A DNA stretch of 64,000 bases, from assembly GCA_963815215.1 (NCBI GenBank), contig CAWFFU010000003.1, positions 416,001 through 480,000 of the forward strand, read 5' to 3'. A program made the position numbers and the translations under genes. Below, one piece after another: positions 12,001 to 24,690 of the stretch (the first letter of the stretch is position 1; every line of letters starts with the position of its first letter). The DNA comes from an uncultured Trueperaceae bacterium. Its GTDB lineage: Bacteria > Deinococcota > Deinococci > Deinococcales > Trueperaceae. A model generated the notes under the pieces. The model saw nothing but the letters and a program-made list of their open reading frames with translations, made no database searches and was not told the DNA's origin.

Positions 12001-13377
12001 GTGGAGATCCTCAGCGCGGGCGCGGCCCGCACCGTGACCGGCAGTTGCCATCACCTCCACCTCGACGGCGCGCGGGTGCTGCTCGACTGCGGTCTCTTCC
12101 AGGGCGGCTCGGACCTGGAGGCGCGCAACCGCGAACCCTTCCCGTTCGAACCCGGCGAGCTCGATGCCGTTTGCCTGAGCCATGGCCACCTCGATCACGT
12201 CGGGCGTCTGCCGTTGCTGAGCGAACGGGGGTACCGGGGGCCGATCTACGCCACCCAGGCGACCCGCAACATCGCCGAGATCATCTTGCACGACGCTGCC
12301 AAGCTGCAAGCCGAGGACTACCAGCGGGCCTTGCGCAAGGCCAAGCGGGCGGGTCGCGAGGGCGACGTGGCGCCTCCGCTGTACGGGGTGCGCGAAGTCG
12401 AGCGAGTGCTGACGCAGTTCCGACCGGTCGAGATGGAGCACCCGGTGGAGGTCGCGACAGGCGTGCGCGCGATCTTCCGTCCGGCGGGCCACGTGCTCGG
12501 GAGCGCTACCATCGAGCTCCACGACGGTTCCATGCGCCTGGCGTTCTCCGGCGACCTGGGCAACCGCGAGAGCGCGCTGCAGGCCCCGGCCGAGCCGGCG
12601 CGCCCGGCCGACGTGGTGCTGATCGAGACCACCTACGCCGAGCGTAACCATCGGAGCCGCGCTGCGACCGAAGCCGAGTTCGCGGAGGTGCTGGCAGGCT
12701 CTCTGGAGCGTGGTGGGAACGTGCTGATCCCGACCTTCGCGCTGGAGCGGAGCCAGGCGGTGCTCTACGAGATCCGGCGCCTGATGGAGCGAGGCGCCAT
12801 CCCCAGTGTGCGCGTCTTCCTCGACTCCCCGATGGCCACCCGCCTCACCAGGTTCTACGAGCACGGCGAGAACGAGTTCCGCGACGAGGTCAAGGCCTTA
12901 CTGGCCGAAGGGAGGGACCCCTTCGCGCCTCCGACGCTGGAGTTCACGGTCGATACCGAAGCGTCCAAAGCCATCAACGAGGTCACCGGCGGCGCCATCA
13001 TCCTGGCGGGGTCGGGCATGATGACCGGCGGGCGCATCTTGCATCATCTGAAGCACAATCTGTGGCGCGAAGAAGCGAGCCTGGTGGTGGTGGGCTACCA
13101 GGCGTCCGGAACGCTCGGACGCGCCCTGGTCGGGGGTGCCAAGCGGGTGCACATCTACGGGGAGGAGATCCGGGTGCGCGCACGCATCCACACCATCAAC
13201 GGCTTCTCGGCGCACGGCGACCACGATGACCTTCTGCACTGGCTGGACGGCAGCGGCGATGCCGAGGTGTTCCTGGTGCACGGCGAGCCCGACGTCATGG
13301 ACGCGTTCTCGGTCGAGCTGCGCGACCGCGGCCGACGGGTGACCAGCCCCGAACTGGGGCGGACCTACATCCGCTGA
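12001..13377 (+). CDS. MBL/beta-CASP ribonuclease (TTHA0252/Ysh1-like)
   Basis: GAARTVTGS, SHGHLDHVG, AGHVLGS, ETTY, GSGMMTGGR, FSAHGD. Confidence 0.92.
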   Translation: MEILSAGAARTVTGSCHHLHLDGARVLLDCGLFQGGSDLEARNREPFPFEPGELDAVCLSHGHLDHVGRLPLLSERGYRGPIYATQATRNIAEIILHDAAKLQAEDYQRALRKAKRAGREGDVAPPLYGVREVERVLTQFRPVEMEHPVEVATGVRAIFRPAGHVLGSATIELHDGSMRLAFSGDLGNRESALQAPAEPARPADVVLIETTYAERNHRSRAATEAEFAEVLAGSLERGGNVLIPTFALERSQAVLYEIRRLMERGAIPSVRVFLDSPMATRLTRFYEHGENEFRDEVKALLAEGRDPFAPPTLEFTVDTEASKAINEVTGGAIILAGSGMMTGGRILHHLKHNLWREEASLVVVGYQASGTLGRALVGGAKRVHIYGEEIRVRARIHTINGFSAHGDHDDLLHWLDGSGDAEVFLVHGEPDVMDAFSVELRDRGRRVTSPELGRTYIR

Positions 13378-13386
13378 GCTGCACAT

Positions 13387-13424
13387 GCTGACGACCGCGC
13401 CGCCCGGGCGGCGCGGTCGTCAGC
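13387..13424. repeat. Perfect 38-bp palindrome after RNase gene (terminator or stability hairpin)
   Basis: GCTGACGACCGCGCCGCCC/GGGCGGCGCGGTCGTCAGC. Confidence 0.75.
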
Positions 13425-13466
13425 TACCTTACGGAGCCGGACGCACGCGAAGGGGTTTACTGAGCC

Positions 13467-15857
<2,391 letters not shown>

Positions 15858-15954
15858 GCGCGACGGCCGCTGCACCGTAGCTACGCGAAGGGCTGCCCGC
15901 CACCATGGCCGGCAGCCCTTCGCCATGGCCGTCAGCCGCGCCGCAGGCGCTCCG

Positions 15955-16551
15955 TCAGTGCGCCGGGTCCCGGTACAAGTCGCGGCGCAACACCGGCATG
16001 AGCGCCAGCACGACCACCTGGGCGTAGAGTCCGGATCGGTCGAGGGCGCCGGCGGTGAGCAGCCCCACGGCACCGCCCGCACGCTTGCTGCCCTGCACGC
16101 CGAACGCCCGGTCGACGGCGTCGCCGAGTTCGAGACCTGAGTCGAGGAGCTCCGTGACGCGGGCAGGCAACGCGAACGAGGCGCTGCGCGCCGCACCGCG
16201 GTCGCCGCTCCGATCCAGCGCTACGGCCCACGAGAAGCTCCACACCACCCCGTCCGACCGCACCAGGCCCCCCTCGATGCCGATGCCGACGGTGCCGGCT
16301 GTTGCGACGCCGTCCTCGGAGGCGTCGATCCGCCGCAGTGCCGCCAGCGCGCGGTTCTCCGCACCGCGTAGCGTTTCCGCGTCTCCCCAGGGCTGGTCGG
16401 GCACGCCCGAGGGAACATCGAAGCACAGGAGCGTGGCTGCCCTACCCGGTAGCGCCCGAGCGAGGGCGGCTTCGACGCCGCGGCGCTTCGCGGGATTGTC
16501 GGAGCCGAGCGCCACCAACGCGGTGCCGTCAGCTCGGGGGAACGACGACAT
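15955..16551 (-). CDS. yjjX: Inosine/xanthosine triphosphatase (YjjX/DUF84)
   Basis: GSDNPAK, SGVPDQP, ETLRGAENRA, GIEGG, GAVGLLT; start uncertain (16551 or 16575). Confidence 0.85.
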   Translation of the reverse strand: MSSFPRADGTALVALGSDNPAKRRGVEAALARALPGRAATLLCFDVPSGVPDQPWGDAETLRGAENRALAALRRIDASEDGVATAGTVGIGIEGGLVRSDGVVWSFSWAVALDRSGDRGAARSASFALPARVTELLDSGLELGDAVDRAFGVQGSKRAGGAVGLLTAGALDRSGLYAQVVVLALMPVLRRDLYRDPAH

Positions 16552-18373
16552 CGACCCGCCCCGCGACCTCTTCATCGCTCGTTCCCCGTTGTTGGATGGC
16601 GTGAAGGCGGGCGTAGAGGCCTCCGCGTTCCAGCAGCGCAAGGTGCCTCCCCTGTTCGACCACGCGCCCGGCGTCCACGACGGCGATGCGGTCGGCGTCA
16701 CGCACGGTGGACAAGCGGTGCGCGATGACGATGCTAGTGATATCGTGTGCGCCGGCGAACAGACCGGAAAGCGCGTCCTGGATGACGGATTCCGACTCGC
16801 TGTCGAGGCTCGAGGTCGCCTCGTCCAACACCAGCAACGTGGCGCCGCGCAGCAGGGCGCGAGCGATGGCGATGCGTTGCTTCTGTCCCCCGGAGAGCTT
16901 CACGCCACGTTCGCCTACCTCGGTGTCGAAGCCCTTCGGGAGCGCCTCGACGAAGGGCAGAGCGTTGGCCATGCGCGCGGCGCGGACGACGGCGGCCTCG
17001 TCGGCGGTGGGTCGTGCGTAGCGGATGTTGTCGCGGACGCTGCCGGAGAAGAGGGTCGGATCCTGGGGCACCACCGCCAGGGAACCGCGGAGCGCATCCA
17101 GCCCCAGCTCGCGCAGGTCATGACCCCCGACGCGGACGACACCTGCTTGAGGATCGTACAACCTGCCTAGGAGCTTGACTACGGTGCTCTTGCCGGCGCC
17201 GGAGGGACCGACCAGCGCCACCGTCGAGCCTGCCGCCACCTCGAGATCGAAGCCGTCGAGCGCGGGCACGTCGGATCCCGGGTATGCGAACCGCACGCTC
17301 TCGAAGCGCACGTCGCCCGACCCCGGCGACCGCGCGCTGCCGCCACTCTCCTGCATCTCGGCCAACAGGTCGTCGATCCGCTCCAAGGCGGCGGCGCCCG
17401 CTTGGAGCTGGTTGTTGAAGTTGAGCACGAACACGACCGGGGTCACGAGCTCGCTGACGTAGAGCAGGAAGGCCGTCAGCTCGCCGGTGCTGAGCGATGC
17501 CGCGCCCAGGGGCATCGGGGCCCCCGTCTGTTTCAGGACGATCAACCAACCGCCCAGCAGCAACAGAGCGCCCGTTCCCAGTCCCGAGCTGAGCCCGACC
17601 CCCGCCTGCATCATCCCCGACTGCCAGCGGCGCGCCATCCCGAACCTGCGGTACCCATCGCTCGCCTCGCGGAAGCGTCCCAACTCCTCCCCTTCAGCCG
17701 TGAACAGCTTGACGACGCCCGCGTTCTGGATCGCTTCGCTGGCCACCGCGGTCAGCTCCCCGACCTGCGAGCGGATGTGGCGCGATAGGCGGCGCAGCGG
17801 TTGTTGGAAACGCAGCGTGATGAGCGCCATCGCACCCACCAGAGCGAGGCACACCAGTGCCAGCAGCCAGTTCATGGCGAACAGGATCGTGAGGACCACG
17901 ACGATCCCGAACAGGCGCCCCAGGATGCGCGAGGCGCCGGCCTGGATCATGGACTCGAGCGCGTTGACGTCGGACACAACGCGTGCCACCAGCGAGCCGG
18001 ACCGCTCCCGGGTGAACCTCGCCATGGGCAGGCGCAGCAGGTGCGCGTACGCCGTGGTGCGGAGATCGTGGATCACGCGCTGGGTGAGCGCGTAGCTGAA
18101 GTACATCGAGACGAACGACAGCGCCTCCCGCACGAGGTAATAGGCCAACATCGCCAAGGCCAGCAGCACGAACGTGCGCGCCTTGCCCCCGGGGATGGCC
18201 ACATCGATGACGATGCGCGCGAACTGCGGGGCGAGCTGCGCCACCAGCGCTCCGGCCGCGATGAGCGTCGAGAGGGCCACGACCCGACCGCGGTAGGGGG
18301 CGAGCAGCGCCGCCAGCCGCGGCACCCCGCCGCGTCCCGCGGCTCCCGGCGAACCCACCCGTCCTTCACTCAT
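16529..18373 (-). CDS. ABC exporter, fused permease/ATPase (MsbA/MdlB-like)
   Basis: TM domain plus GPSGAGKS, LSGGQKQR, LDEATS; ATG 18373 overlaps upstream stop. Confidence 0.92.
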   Translation of the reverse strand: MSEGRVGSPGAAGRGGVPRLAALLAPYRGRVVALSTLIAAGALVAQLAPQFARIVIDVAIPGGKARTFVLLALAMLAYYLVREALSFVSMYFSYALTQRVIHDLRTTAYAHLLRLPMARFTRERSGSLVARVVSDVNALESMIQAGASRILGRLFGIVVVLTILFAMNWLLALVCLALVGAMALITLRFQQPLRRLSRHIRSQVGELTAVASEAIQNAGVVKLFTAEGEELGRFREASDGYRRFGMARRWQSGMMQAGVGLSSGLGTGALLLLGGWLIVLKQTGAPMPLGAASLSTGELTAFLLYVSELVTPVVFVLNFNNQLQAGAAALERIDDLLAEMQESGGSARSPGSGDVRFESVRFAYPGSDVPALDGFDLEVAAGSTVALVGPSGAGKSTVVKLLGRLYDPQAGVVRVGGHDLRELGLDALRGSLAVVPQDPTLFSGSVRDNIRYARPTADEAAVVRAARMANALPFVEALPKGFDTEVGERGVKLSGGQKQRIAIARALLRGATLLVLDEATSSLDSESESVIQDALSGLFAGAHDITSIVIAHRLSTVRDADRIAVVDAGRVVEQGRHLALLERGGLYARLHAIQQRGTSDEEVAGRVDVVVPPS

Positions 18374-19413
18374 GGGGTCCGCACGTCGCCTCCGGGGGGC
18401 CGCCCGAGCGCTTCCGTCGTGGTCGGGGGCGGCGTCACGGCGCACCGCAAGGCTTCCCCCTCGCCGGCGATCCGGTAACGGCCCAGCGCGGCCGGTAGCA
18501 CCACGGCGCCCCCGCGCCTGAGCCGTTCCTCCCCGCCCGCCCAGCGCAACGTGGCCTCCCCCCGGGTGAGCACCACGATCTGCAGACTGTCGGGGTCGGT
18601 CTCGGCGTCGCACGCAACGCCGTCGAGGCCGACGGCGTCCATCACGAAGTGTTCGCAGCCCAGCAGCCGACGCCAGCCACCCGCGAGCGGCGACGGCACG
18701 CTTCGGGCGCGATCGCCTCCGGTCAGCGTGGCGACTTGCAGCGCGCGGTCGACGTGGAGCTCACGCTGCCTGCCCGCGCCGTCGTGTCGTTGGTAGTCGA
18801 ACAACCGGTAGGTGAGGTCGCTCGACTGCTGGATCTCGAACAACAGGATGCCCTTTCCGATCGCATGCACGGTCCCCGCGGGGTTGTAGATGACGTCGCC
18901 GGGCACGACCGGCACGCGGTTCATCAACTCGGGCAGGGAACCGTCCAAGACGGCGTCCCGCACATGGCGGGCGTCGACGTCCTGCCGGAAGCCCCACAGC
19001 ACGTGCGCGTCGGGCGCCGCTTCCAACACGTACCAGGCCTCGCTCTTGCCCAGATAGCCTGTGGCGGACTCATGGGTCCGGGCGAACGCGTCACCGGGGT
19101 GCACCTGCACCGAGAGCCGGTCCGCGGCATCGATGAGCTTCGCCAGCAACGGCACCTGGTCGCCGTAGCGCGCGGCGCTGACGCTACCCAGCAGCCGCGC
19201 ACCCAGGACGTCGGCAACCCCCTGCAACGAGCGGCCCGCGAAGCGTCCGTTCAGGACCCGATTCTCTGCGTACACCAGCCAGCCCTCGCCGACGGGATCC
19301 GACCCGGGCTCCGTGGCAGGGAGCGCCAGCAGCTCCGGCAGCCGGTCGCCACCCCAGACGCGCCGGCTGTACCGGAGTTCGAGCCTAAGCGGATAGATCT
19401 CGCCGCCTGCCAT
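18370..19413 (-). CDS. manA: Mannose-6-phosphate isomerase, class I (cupin)
   Basis: VWGG, LSVQVHP, GKSEAWY, GTVHAIG, EIQQSSDLTYR. Confidence 0.88.
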   Translation of the reverse strand: MAGGEIYPLRLELRYSRRVWGGDRLPELLALPATEPGSDPVGEGWLVYAENRVLNGRFAGRSLQGVADVLGARLLGSVSAARYGDQVPLLAKLIDAADRLSVQVHPGDAFARTHESATGYLGKSEAWYVLEAAPDAHVLWGFRQDVDARHVRDAVLDGSLPELMNRVPVVPGDVIYNPAGTVHAIGKGILLFEIQQSSDLTYRLFDYQRHDGAGRQRELHVDRALQVATLTGGDRARSVPSPLAGGWRRLLGCEHFVMDAVGLDGVACDAETDPDSLQIVVLTRGEATLRWAGGEERLRRGGAVVLPAALGRYRIAGEGEALRCAVTPPPTTTEALGRPPGGDVRTP

Positions 19414-19519
19414 GACACTCCCCTCACTCAGCTTCGGACGGTTCGGCGGCCGCCGCCGCGCGACCGGTCATGCGCGCTGTGCCGAGGGCGGCTTTGGCCG
19501 TACGATGGGACACGCCCCG

Positions 19520-20122
19520 ATGACCGAAGCCCTCACGCACTTTATCAACGATGCCGGCTGGCTCGCGCCTCTCTACTACGTTGGGTCGTTCCTGCTCACC
19601 GCGCTGCTGCCGTTCATCCCCACGCCGCTGATCGGGGCGCTGGGAGGGAAGGCGTTCGGACTCCTCGCCGCCGTGGCCTACGGCATCATCGGTCTCGGGC
19701 TGGGGGCGTTGGTGGGCCTGCTCCTGGCACGCAAGATCGGACGCCCACTGTTGACCCTGCTGGTCCGGCGCGAGGCGCTGCAGGAGTGGGAGGAGCTGCT
19801 AGGCATCCGCTCGGTCGCGGTCTGGGGCCTGCTCTATTTCGTGCTGAATCTGGACTTCGTGGTGCTGCTCTCCGGCCTGACCTCGCTGCCGCTGACCGAG
19901 CTGTGGATCGCCGCCATGATCGCGCGCACGCCCTGGCTCATCGGCAGCGCCTGGCTGGGAAGCGCCGTCCTGGTATCGGACACGGTGCTGTGGCTGGCCC
20001 TGATCGTGCTGGTGCCGATGCTCTACCTTCTGAACCGGCTCCGTCCGCGGATCCGTCACTGGATCGTGCGTTTCCGACGAGCCGAACGCCACAGCGAAGA
20101 CGGTGAAGCGGGTCCGGACTAG
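19520..20122 (+). CDS. TVP38/TMEM64 (VTT/DedA superfamily) membrane protein
   Basis: PFIPTPL..GG..FG..., LARKIGR; multi-TM; start uncertain. Confidence 0.75.
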   Translation: MTEALTHFINDAGWLAPLYYVGSFLLTALLPFIPTPLIGALGGKAFGLLAAVAYGIIGLGLGALVGLLLARKIGRPLLTLLVRREALQEWEELLGIRSVAVWGLLYFVLNLDFVVLLSGLTSLPLTELWIAAMIARTPWLIGSAWLGSAVLVSDTVLWLALIVLVPMLYLLNRLRPRIRHWIVRFRRAERHSEDGEAGPD

Positions 20123-21051
20123 CGTTTCAAGCGGGGGTCGAGGACATCGCGGATGGCGTCCCCGAGAAGGTTGAAGCCGACCACCGAGAAGAAGATGGCG
20201 ATGCCCGGGACGATCGACAGCCACGGGGCGATGCGGAAGCGCCCGAAGCCATCGGAGATCATGGCGCCCCACTCCGGCGTCGGCGGCCGCGCACCGAGTC
20301 CCAGGAAGCCGAGCGCGGCGACATCCAGGATGGCGGTGCCGATCGACAAGGTGAGCTGAACCATCAGCGGCGAGAGGCCGTTGGGGAGCACGTGGGCGAC
20401 GATGATGCGCACCGAGCGCGAGCCGACCGCGCGGGCGGCCTGCACGTACTCTGCCTCGCGCAGGCTGAGTGTTACCGACCGAACGATCCGGATATAGACC
20501 GGTACGTACGTGATACTGATGGCGATCAGCGCGTTCAGCAGGCTCTGACCCAACGCCGCCACGATGGCGATGGCGAGCAGGATGCCGGGGAACGCCAGCA
20601 AGATGTCGACGAACCACACGATGACGGTGTCGAGCCAGCCCCCGAAGAAGCCGGCCACGAGCCCCAGCACGGTGCCCACCAGGGCCGCCATGGCCACGGC
20701 TTCCAGACCCACGCGAAGACTGATGCGGCCGCCGTAGAGCACCCTCACCAGCATGTCGCGCCCCTGCACGTCGGTGCCGAACGGGAAGGACCAGCGATGC
20801 AGATGTTTCTGCTCGAGCTCCTGAGAGCTCATCGTCCAGGTGGGTGGCAGCATGCGGTCACGAAGGTTGATCTTGAGAGGATCGATCGGCCGCAGGACCG
20901 GAGCCAGGATGGTGACGGCAACGAAGAACACGATGATCGCCAGCCCGAGTACACCGGTAGGGTGCCGCCGGAAGCGTCGTGCGGCGTCCTGCAGAAGGGA
21001 GCGGCCCTCGACATGGTCCTCGCGTCCGAGCGATGCGGCCGGGCTGGTCAT
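20119..21051 (-). CDS. dppC: Peptide ABC transporter permease
   Basis: FGTDVQGRD, EAA-loop EYVQAARAVG, GFNLLGDAIRD. Confidence 0.9.
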   Translation of the reverse strand: MTSPAASLGREDHVEGRSLLQDAARRFRRHPTGVLGLAIIVFFVAVTILAPVLRPIDPLKINLRDRMLPPTWTMSSQELEQKHLHRWSFPFGTDVQGRDMLVRVLYGGRISLRVGLEAVAMAALVGTVLGLVAGFFGGWLDTVIVWFVDILLAFPGILLAIAIVAALGQSLLNALIAISITYVPVYIRIVRSVTLSLREAEYVQAARAVGSRSVRIIVAHVLPNGLSPLMVQLTLSIGTAILDVAALGFLGLGARPPTPEWGAMISDGFGRFRIAPWLSIVPGIAIFFSVVGFNLLGDAIRDVLDPRLKR

Positions 21052-21064
21052 GGTGCGCCTGGGC

Positions 21065-22117
21065 TCATGTGTACTGGATCCTCGGGTCGATGAAAGCGTA
21101 CGAGAAGTCGACGAGCATGTTGACGATGACGAACATGACGGCGATGAACAACACGCCCCCCTGGATGATGGGGTAGTCGCGCGAGGAGATGGCGTCGTAG
21201 ACGAACCGCCCGATGCCGGGCCAGGCGAAGACGGTCTCGGTCAGGATGGCGCCGGAGAGCAGCTGCCCGAAGCTCAAGCCGATCACCGTGATGACCGGTA
21301 GCAGGGCGTTGCGTAGTGCGTGCTTGCTGATGACGGCGCGGTTCTCGACACCCTTGGCCCGCGCCGTGCGGATGTAGTCCTGACCCAGCACCTCCAGCAT
21401 GCTGCTGCGGGTCATGCGCACGATGATGGCGAGTGGGATCGTGCCGAGCGCGATGCCGGGCAGGACCAGATGCTTGATGGCGTTCCACAGCACGTCCCAC
21501 CGGCCCTGCACGATCGAGTCGAGCACGTAGAAGCCGGTTGTCGAGTGGAACACGATGGTGGGCGACAGCCTGCCTGAGGGCGGCAACCACCCCAACCCCA
21601 CGGCGAACACGTAGATCATGATGATCCCCAACCAGAACACCGGGAAGGAGACGCCCGCCAGCGCCACGAACATGACCGCCGTGTCAAGCAAGGTTCCGCG
21701 GTTGAGCGCCGCGACGATGCCCAACGGGACCCCCAGGACCACAGCGATGAACATGGCCACGATGGTCAGCTCGAAGGTGGCCGGGAAGAACTGCTCGAGG
21801 CTGCTGACCACGGGGATGCGGCTGAAGATCGACTTGCCAAGGTTGCCCTGGACGGCGCGGCTGACGAAGCTCGGATACTGCGCGTCGAGCAGTCCCGCGA
21901 TGCCCTTGGTGCGGGCCTCCTTGAAGTTCAAGAAGTAGGGGACGTCGAGGCCCAACTCGACCCGAAGTCGCTGGTACGACTCGGGTGAAGCCCGCTCGCC
22001 GAGCATGATGCGCGCGGGATCGCTCCCGATCACTCGAGGGATGGTGAACACCAGCAGGCTCACCCCGAACAGCACCGGGAGGAGGCCCAACAGTCGGCGA
22101 AGAAAATAGGAGAACAC
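21065..22117 (-). CDS. dppB: Peptide ABC transporter permease
   Basis: DYIRTARAKG, TETVFAWPGIG, RDYPIIQG. Confidence 0.9.
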   Translation of the reverse strand: MFSYFLRRLLGLLPVLFGVSLLVFTIPRVIGSDPARIMLGERASPESYQRLRVELGLDVPYFLNFKEARTKGIAGLLDAQYPSFVSRAVQGNLGKSIFSRIPVVSSLEQFFPATFELTIVAMFIAVVLGVPLGIVAALNRGTLLDTAVMFVALAGVSFPVFWLGIIMIYVFAVGLGWLPPSGRLSPTIVFHSTTGFYVLDSIVQGRWDVLWNAIKHLVLPGIALGTIPLAIIVRMTRSSMLEVLGQDYIRTARAKGVENRAVISKHALRNALLPVITVIGLSFGQLLSGAILTETVFAWPGIGRFVYDAISSRDYPIIQGGVLFIAVMFVIVNMLVDFSYAFIDPRIQYT

Positions 22118-22146
22118 GCTAGGTCATACCCGCTGACAAGATGATT

Positions 22147-22172
22147 GCTGGGCCGGCGTGAGCCGGCCCAGC
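22147..22172 (-). terminator. Intercistronic hairpin after dppA
   Basis: 11-bp stem GCTGGGCCGGC/GCCGGCCCAGC with 4-nt loop, no U-tract. Confidence 0.6.
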
Positions 22173-22181
22173 CTAGGAACG

Positions 22182-23759
22182 CTAGTTCTTGGTGACGTTG
22201 TTGAGCTCGACACTGGTGGTACCGAGCGGATTCGGAAGGAACCCGGAGATGTTGGCACGGGTCGCGTTGAGGCCCGTCGGGTACACGATCGGCATGCCCG
22301 GCACCTGATCGTAGATGATCTTGTCGGCCTGCTTGTAGTAGGTCACGCGCTCGGTCTCGCTCGCCGCCTTGCGCGCCTCGCCGAGCAGCTTGACCACTTC
22401 ATCGGCGTTCGTGCCGGTCCAGCCGAAGCCGTTCTTGATCTCGGTGGGGCTGAAGAACGTGTAGATGAAGTTGTTCGGGTCGGCGTAGTCGGCGCTCCAA
22501 CCCAGCATGTACATGGGGAACTTGCCTTCGTCGTAGTCCTTGAGGTAGATGCCCCAGTCCTCGGTATGGAGTTCCGCCTGGATGCCGACCTGCGACAGGT
22601 ATCCGGCGACCGCCTCGGCGATGTCCTTGGGCGAGGGGAAGTACGGCCGCGACACCGGCATGTACCAGAGCTCGGTCTTGAAGCCGTTCGGGAAGCCGGC
22701 CTCCTTGAGGAGTTCCTTGGCCTTGGCCGGGTCGTAAGCGTACGGCTCGTAGCCCGCACGGCCGATCAGGCCTGGGGGGATGAATTCGGCCGCAGGCTTG
22801 CCGAGCCCGCTCCAGAACGAGTCGACGATGGTCTTCTGATCGATGGCCAGGGCGACTGCCTGGCGCACGCGCACGTCGTCGAAGGGCTTGTTGGCCTGGT
22901 GGAAACCGATGTAGCCGACACTCAGGTTCGCTGAGGCGGTGGCGCGCTTGAGCGCCGAGTTCCCCTCGACGGCCTTCAGGTCATCGGGAGAGAGGTTCAC
23001 GGCGATGTCCAGTGTGCCTGCCTCGAGGTTGGCGAGCCGGGTGGCCGGCGACTCGATGCCGCGGAACACGATGCGCTCGACCTTGGCCTTGTCACCCCAG
23101 TAGTTGTCGTTGCGCACGAGCGTCACATGGTCGCCCTGCACCCACTCCTGGAACTTGAAGGGGCCGGTACCGACGGCGCCGACGCCGGGGGTGCCGTAGT
23201 CCACGCCCGCCTTCTTGATGGCGGCCGGGCTCTGGATCCCGAAGTAGCTCGACGCCACCAGGGCCGGGAAGAAGCCGACCGGCGAGGTCAGGTCGAAGCG
23301 CACCGTGTTGGGGTCGAGGACGTCGACCTTTTCCAGCAGGTAGCCCTTCTGGCCGTGGAAGGCGGCGAAGATGTACGTCCAGGCAGCGAAGTCCTTCTGG
23401 CTGGCAAAGGCGTAGGGGTTGTCACGGTTGTTCCAACGATCGAAGTTGAACTTCACCGCTTCGGCGTTGAAGGGCGTGCCGTCGGTGAAGCTGACGCCCT
23501 GGCGCAGGTGGAACGTCCACTGCGTGGCGTCGGCGTTCGCTTCCCAGCTCGTCGCCAGGAGCGGCTTCAACTCGGAGCTGCCCGGCTTGAAGCCCACCAG
23601 CGGTTCGGCGATGTTGTAAAGAACCGTCAGCGAGTTCCCGTCCTGCGGAAGGTCGAGATTCACCGGCAGGCCGCTCTGGCCGTACACCAGCGTCTGCGCG
23701 GATGCCAGCCCCGACAGGACCAGCAAACCAGCGGCCACCAACATGGCCATTCTCTTCAT
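22182..23759 (-). CDS. dppA: Peptide ABC transporter substrate-binding protein (family 5)
   Basis: Signal peptide, LRQGVSFTDGTPFNAEAVKF, GTGPF, RPYFP, GWSADYADP. Confidence 0.92.
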   Translation of the reverse strand: MKRMAMLVAAGLLVLSGLASAQTLVYGQSGLPVNLDLPQDGNSLTVLYNIAEPLVGFKPGSSELKPLLATSWEANADATQWTFHLRQGVSFTDGTPFNAEAVKFNFDRWNNRDNPYAFASQKDFAAWTYIFAAFHGQKGYLLEKVDVLDPNTVRFDLTSPVGFFPALVASSYFGIQSPAAIKKAGVDYGTPGVGAVGTGPFKFQEWVQGDHVTLVRNDNYWGDKAKVERIVFRGIESPATRLANLEAGTLDIAVNLSPDDLKAVEGNSALKRATASANLSVGYIGFHQANKPFDDVRVRQAVALAIDQKTIVDSFWSGLGKPAAEFIPPGLIGRAGYEPYAYDPAKAKELLKEAGFPNGFKTELWYMPVSRPYFPSPKDIAEAVAGYLSQVGIQAELHTEDWGIYLKDYDEGKFPMYMLGWSADYADPNNFIYTFFSPTEIKNGFGWTGTNADEVVKLLGEARKAASETERVTYYKQADKIIYDQVPGMPIVYPTGLNATRANISGFLPNPLGTTSVELNNVTKN

Positions 23760-23888
23760 ACACACCTCCAGTAAGTACGTCACGTGCCTACAGGCCGCCC
23801 GTCCCCTCGATGCATCCCGGAACGGTGCGTTCTCGCCTGCGTTGGCGCGAGTTTAGCACCTCGACGTCGTTGCCTGTGGCGAACGCTC

Positions 23889-24569
23889 TCAACCGGTTGC
23901 GGGAATCGCCTCGAGCCGGCCGCCGCTCAGCCGGTAACGACGGTCCACCGAGCGCACCAGATCTTCGTCGTGCGTCACCATCACCACTGCCGTATCCCGT
24001 TCTCGCGCCAGCTCCAGGAGCAGGTCGAACACGGCCCGCGCGTTCGTGCGATCCAGGCTCCCGGTGGGCTCGTCGGCGAGCAGCAGGCGCGGCCTCAGCG
24101 CAAGGGCGCGGGCCACGGCGGCGCGCTGACGCTCGCCACCGGACACCCGGCCCGGCACGGCCCCCTGTCTCGACTCCAACCCCACGCGCGCCAGCAACTC
24201 GCGGGCACGCGCCTCGTCCAGCTCGCCCACGATGCGGCCGGGCAACATCACGTTCTCGAGCAGGCTCAGCTCCTTGAGCAGGTAGTGGTTCTGGAACACC
24301 AGGCCCAACGTCCGCGCACGCTCCGTCGCAAGTGCCTGTGGGCGCCGCTCGTGCACCGGAAGGCCGCCCCACCACACCTCACCGGCATCAGGCTGGTCGA
24401 GCCCGGCCAGAAGGTGGACGAACGTGCTCTTCCCCGAACCACTCGGGCCGAGCACCGCGACCACGTCGCCGTGCTCGACGCGCAGGCTCGCCCCGCTCAA
24501 CACCTCGAGGCCACCGTCGGGTCCTGGGTACCGCCGGGTCAGGGCTCGGCATTCCAGCACGGCTGGCAC
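23889..24569 (-). CDS. ABC ATP-binding protein, LolD-like
   Basis: GPSGSGKS, SGGERQR, LADEPTGSLD; TATAGT 6 nt before GTG. Confidence 0.88.
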   Translation of the reverse strand: MPAVLECRALTRRYPGPDGGLEVLSGASLRVEHGDVVAVLGPSGSGKSTFVHLLAGLDQPDAGEVWWGGLPVHERRPQALATERARTLGLVFQNHYLLKELSLLENVMLPGRIVGELDEARARELLARVGLESRQGAVPGRVSGGERQRAAVARALALRPRLLLADEPTGSLDRTNARAVFDLLLELARERDTAVVMVTHDEDLVRSVDRRYRLSGGRLEAIPATG

Positions 24570-24690
24570 GGGGGTACTATACGATCTGGAGGGGACGATG
24601 GGTGGGCGCGCTCGAAGATCGGCGCGAACGCAAGCACACATTGGGACCGGCCCGCGCGCCCGCGGCCCGTCCGTGGCACCGGAGGGATCG

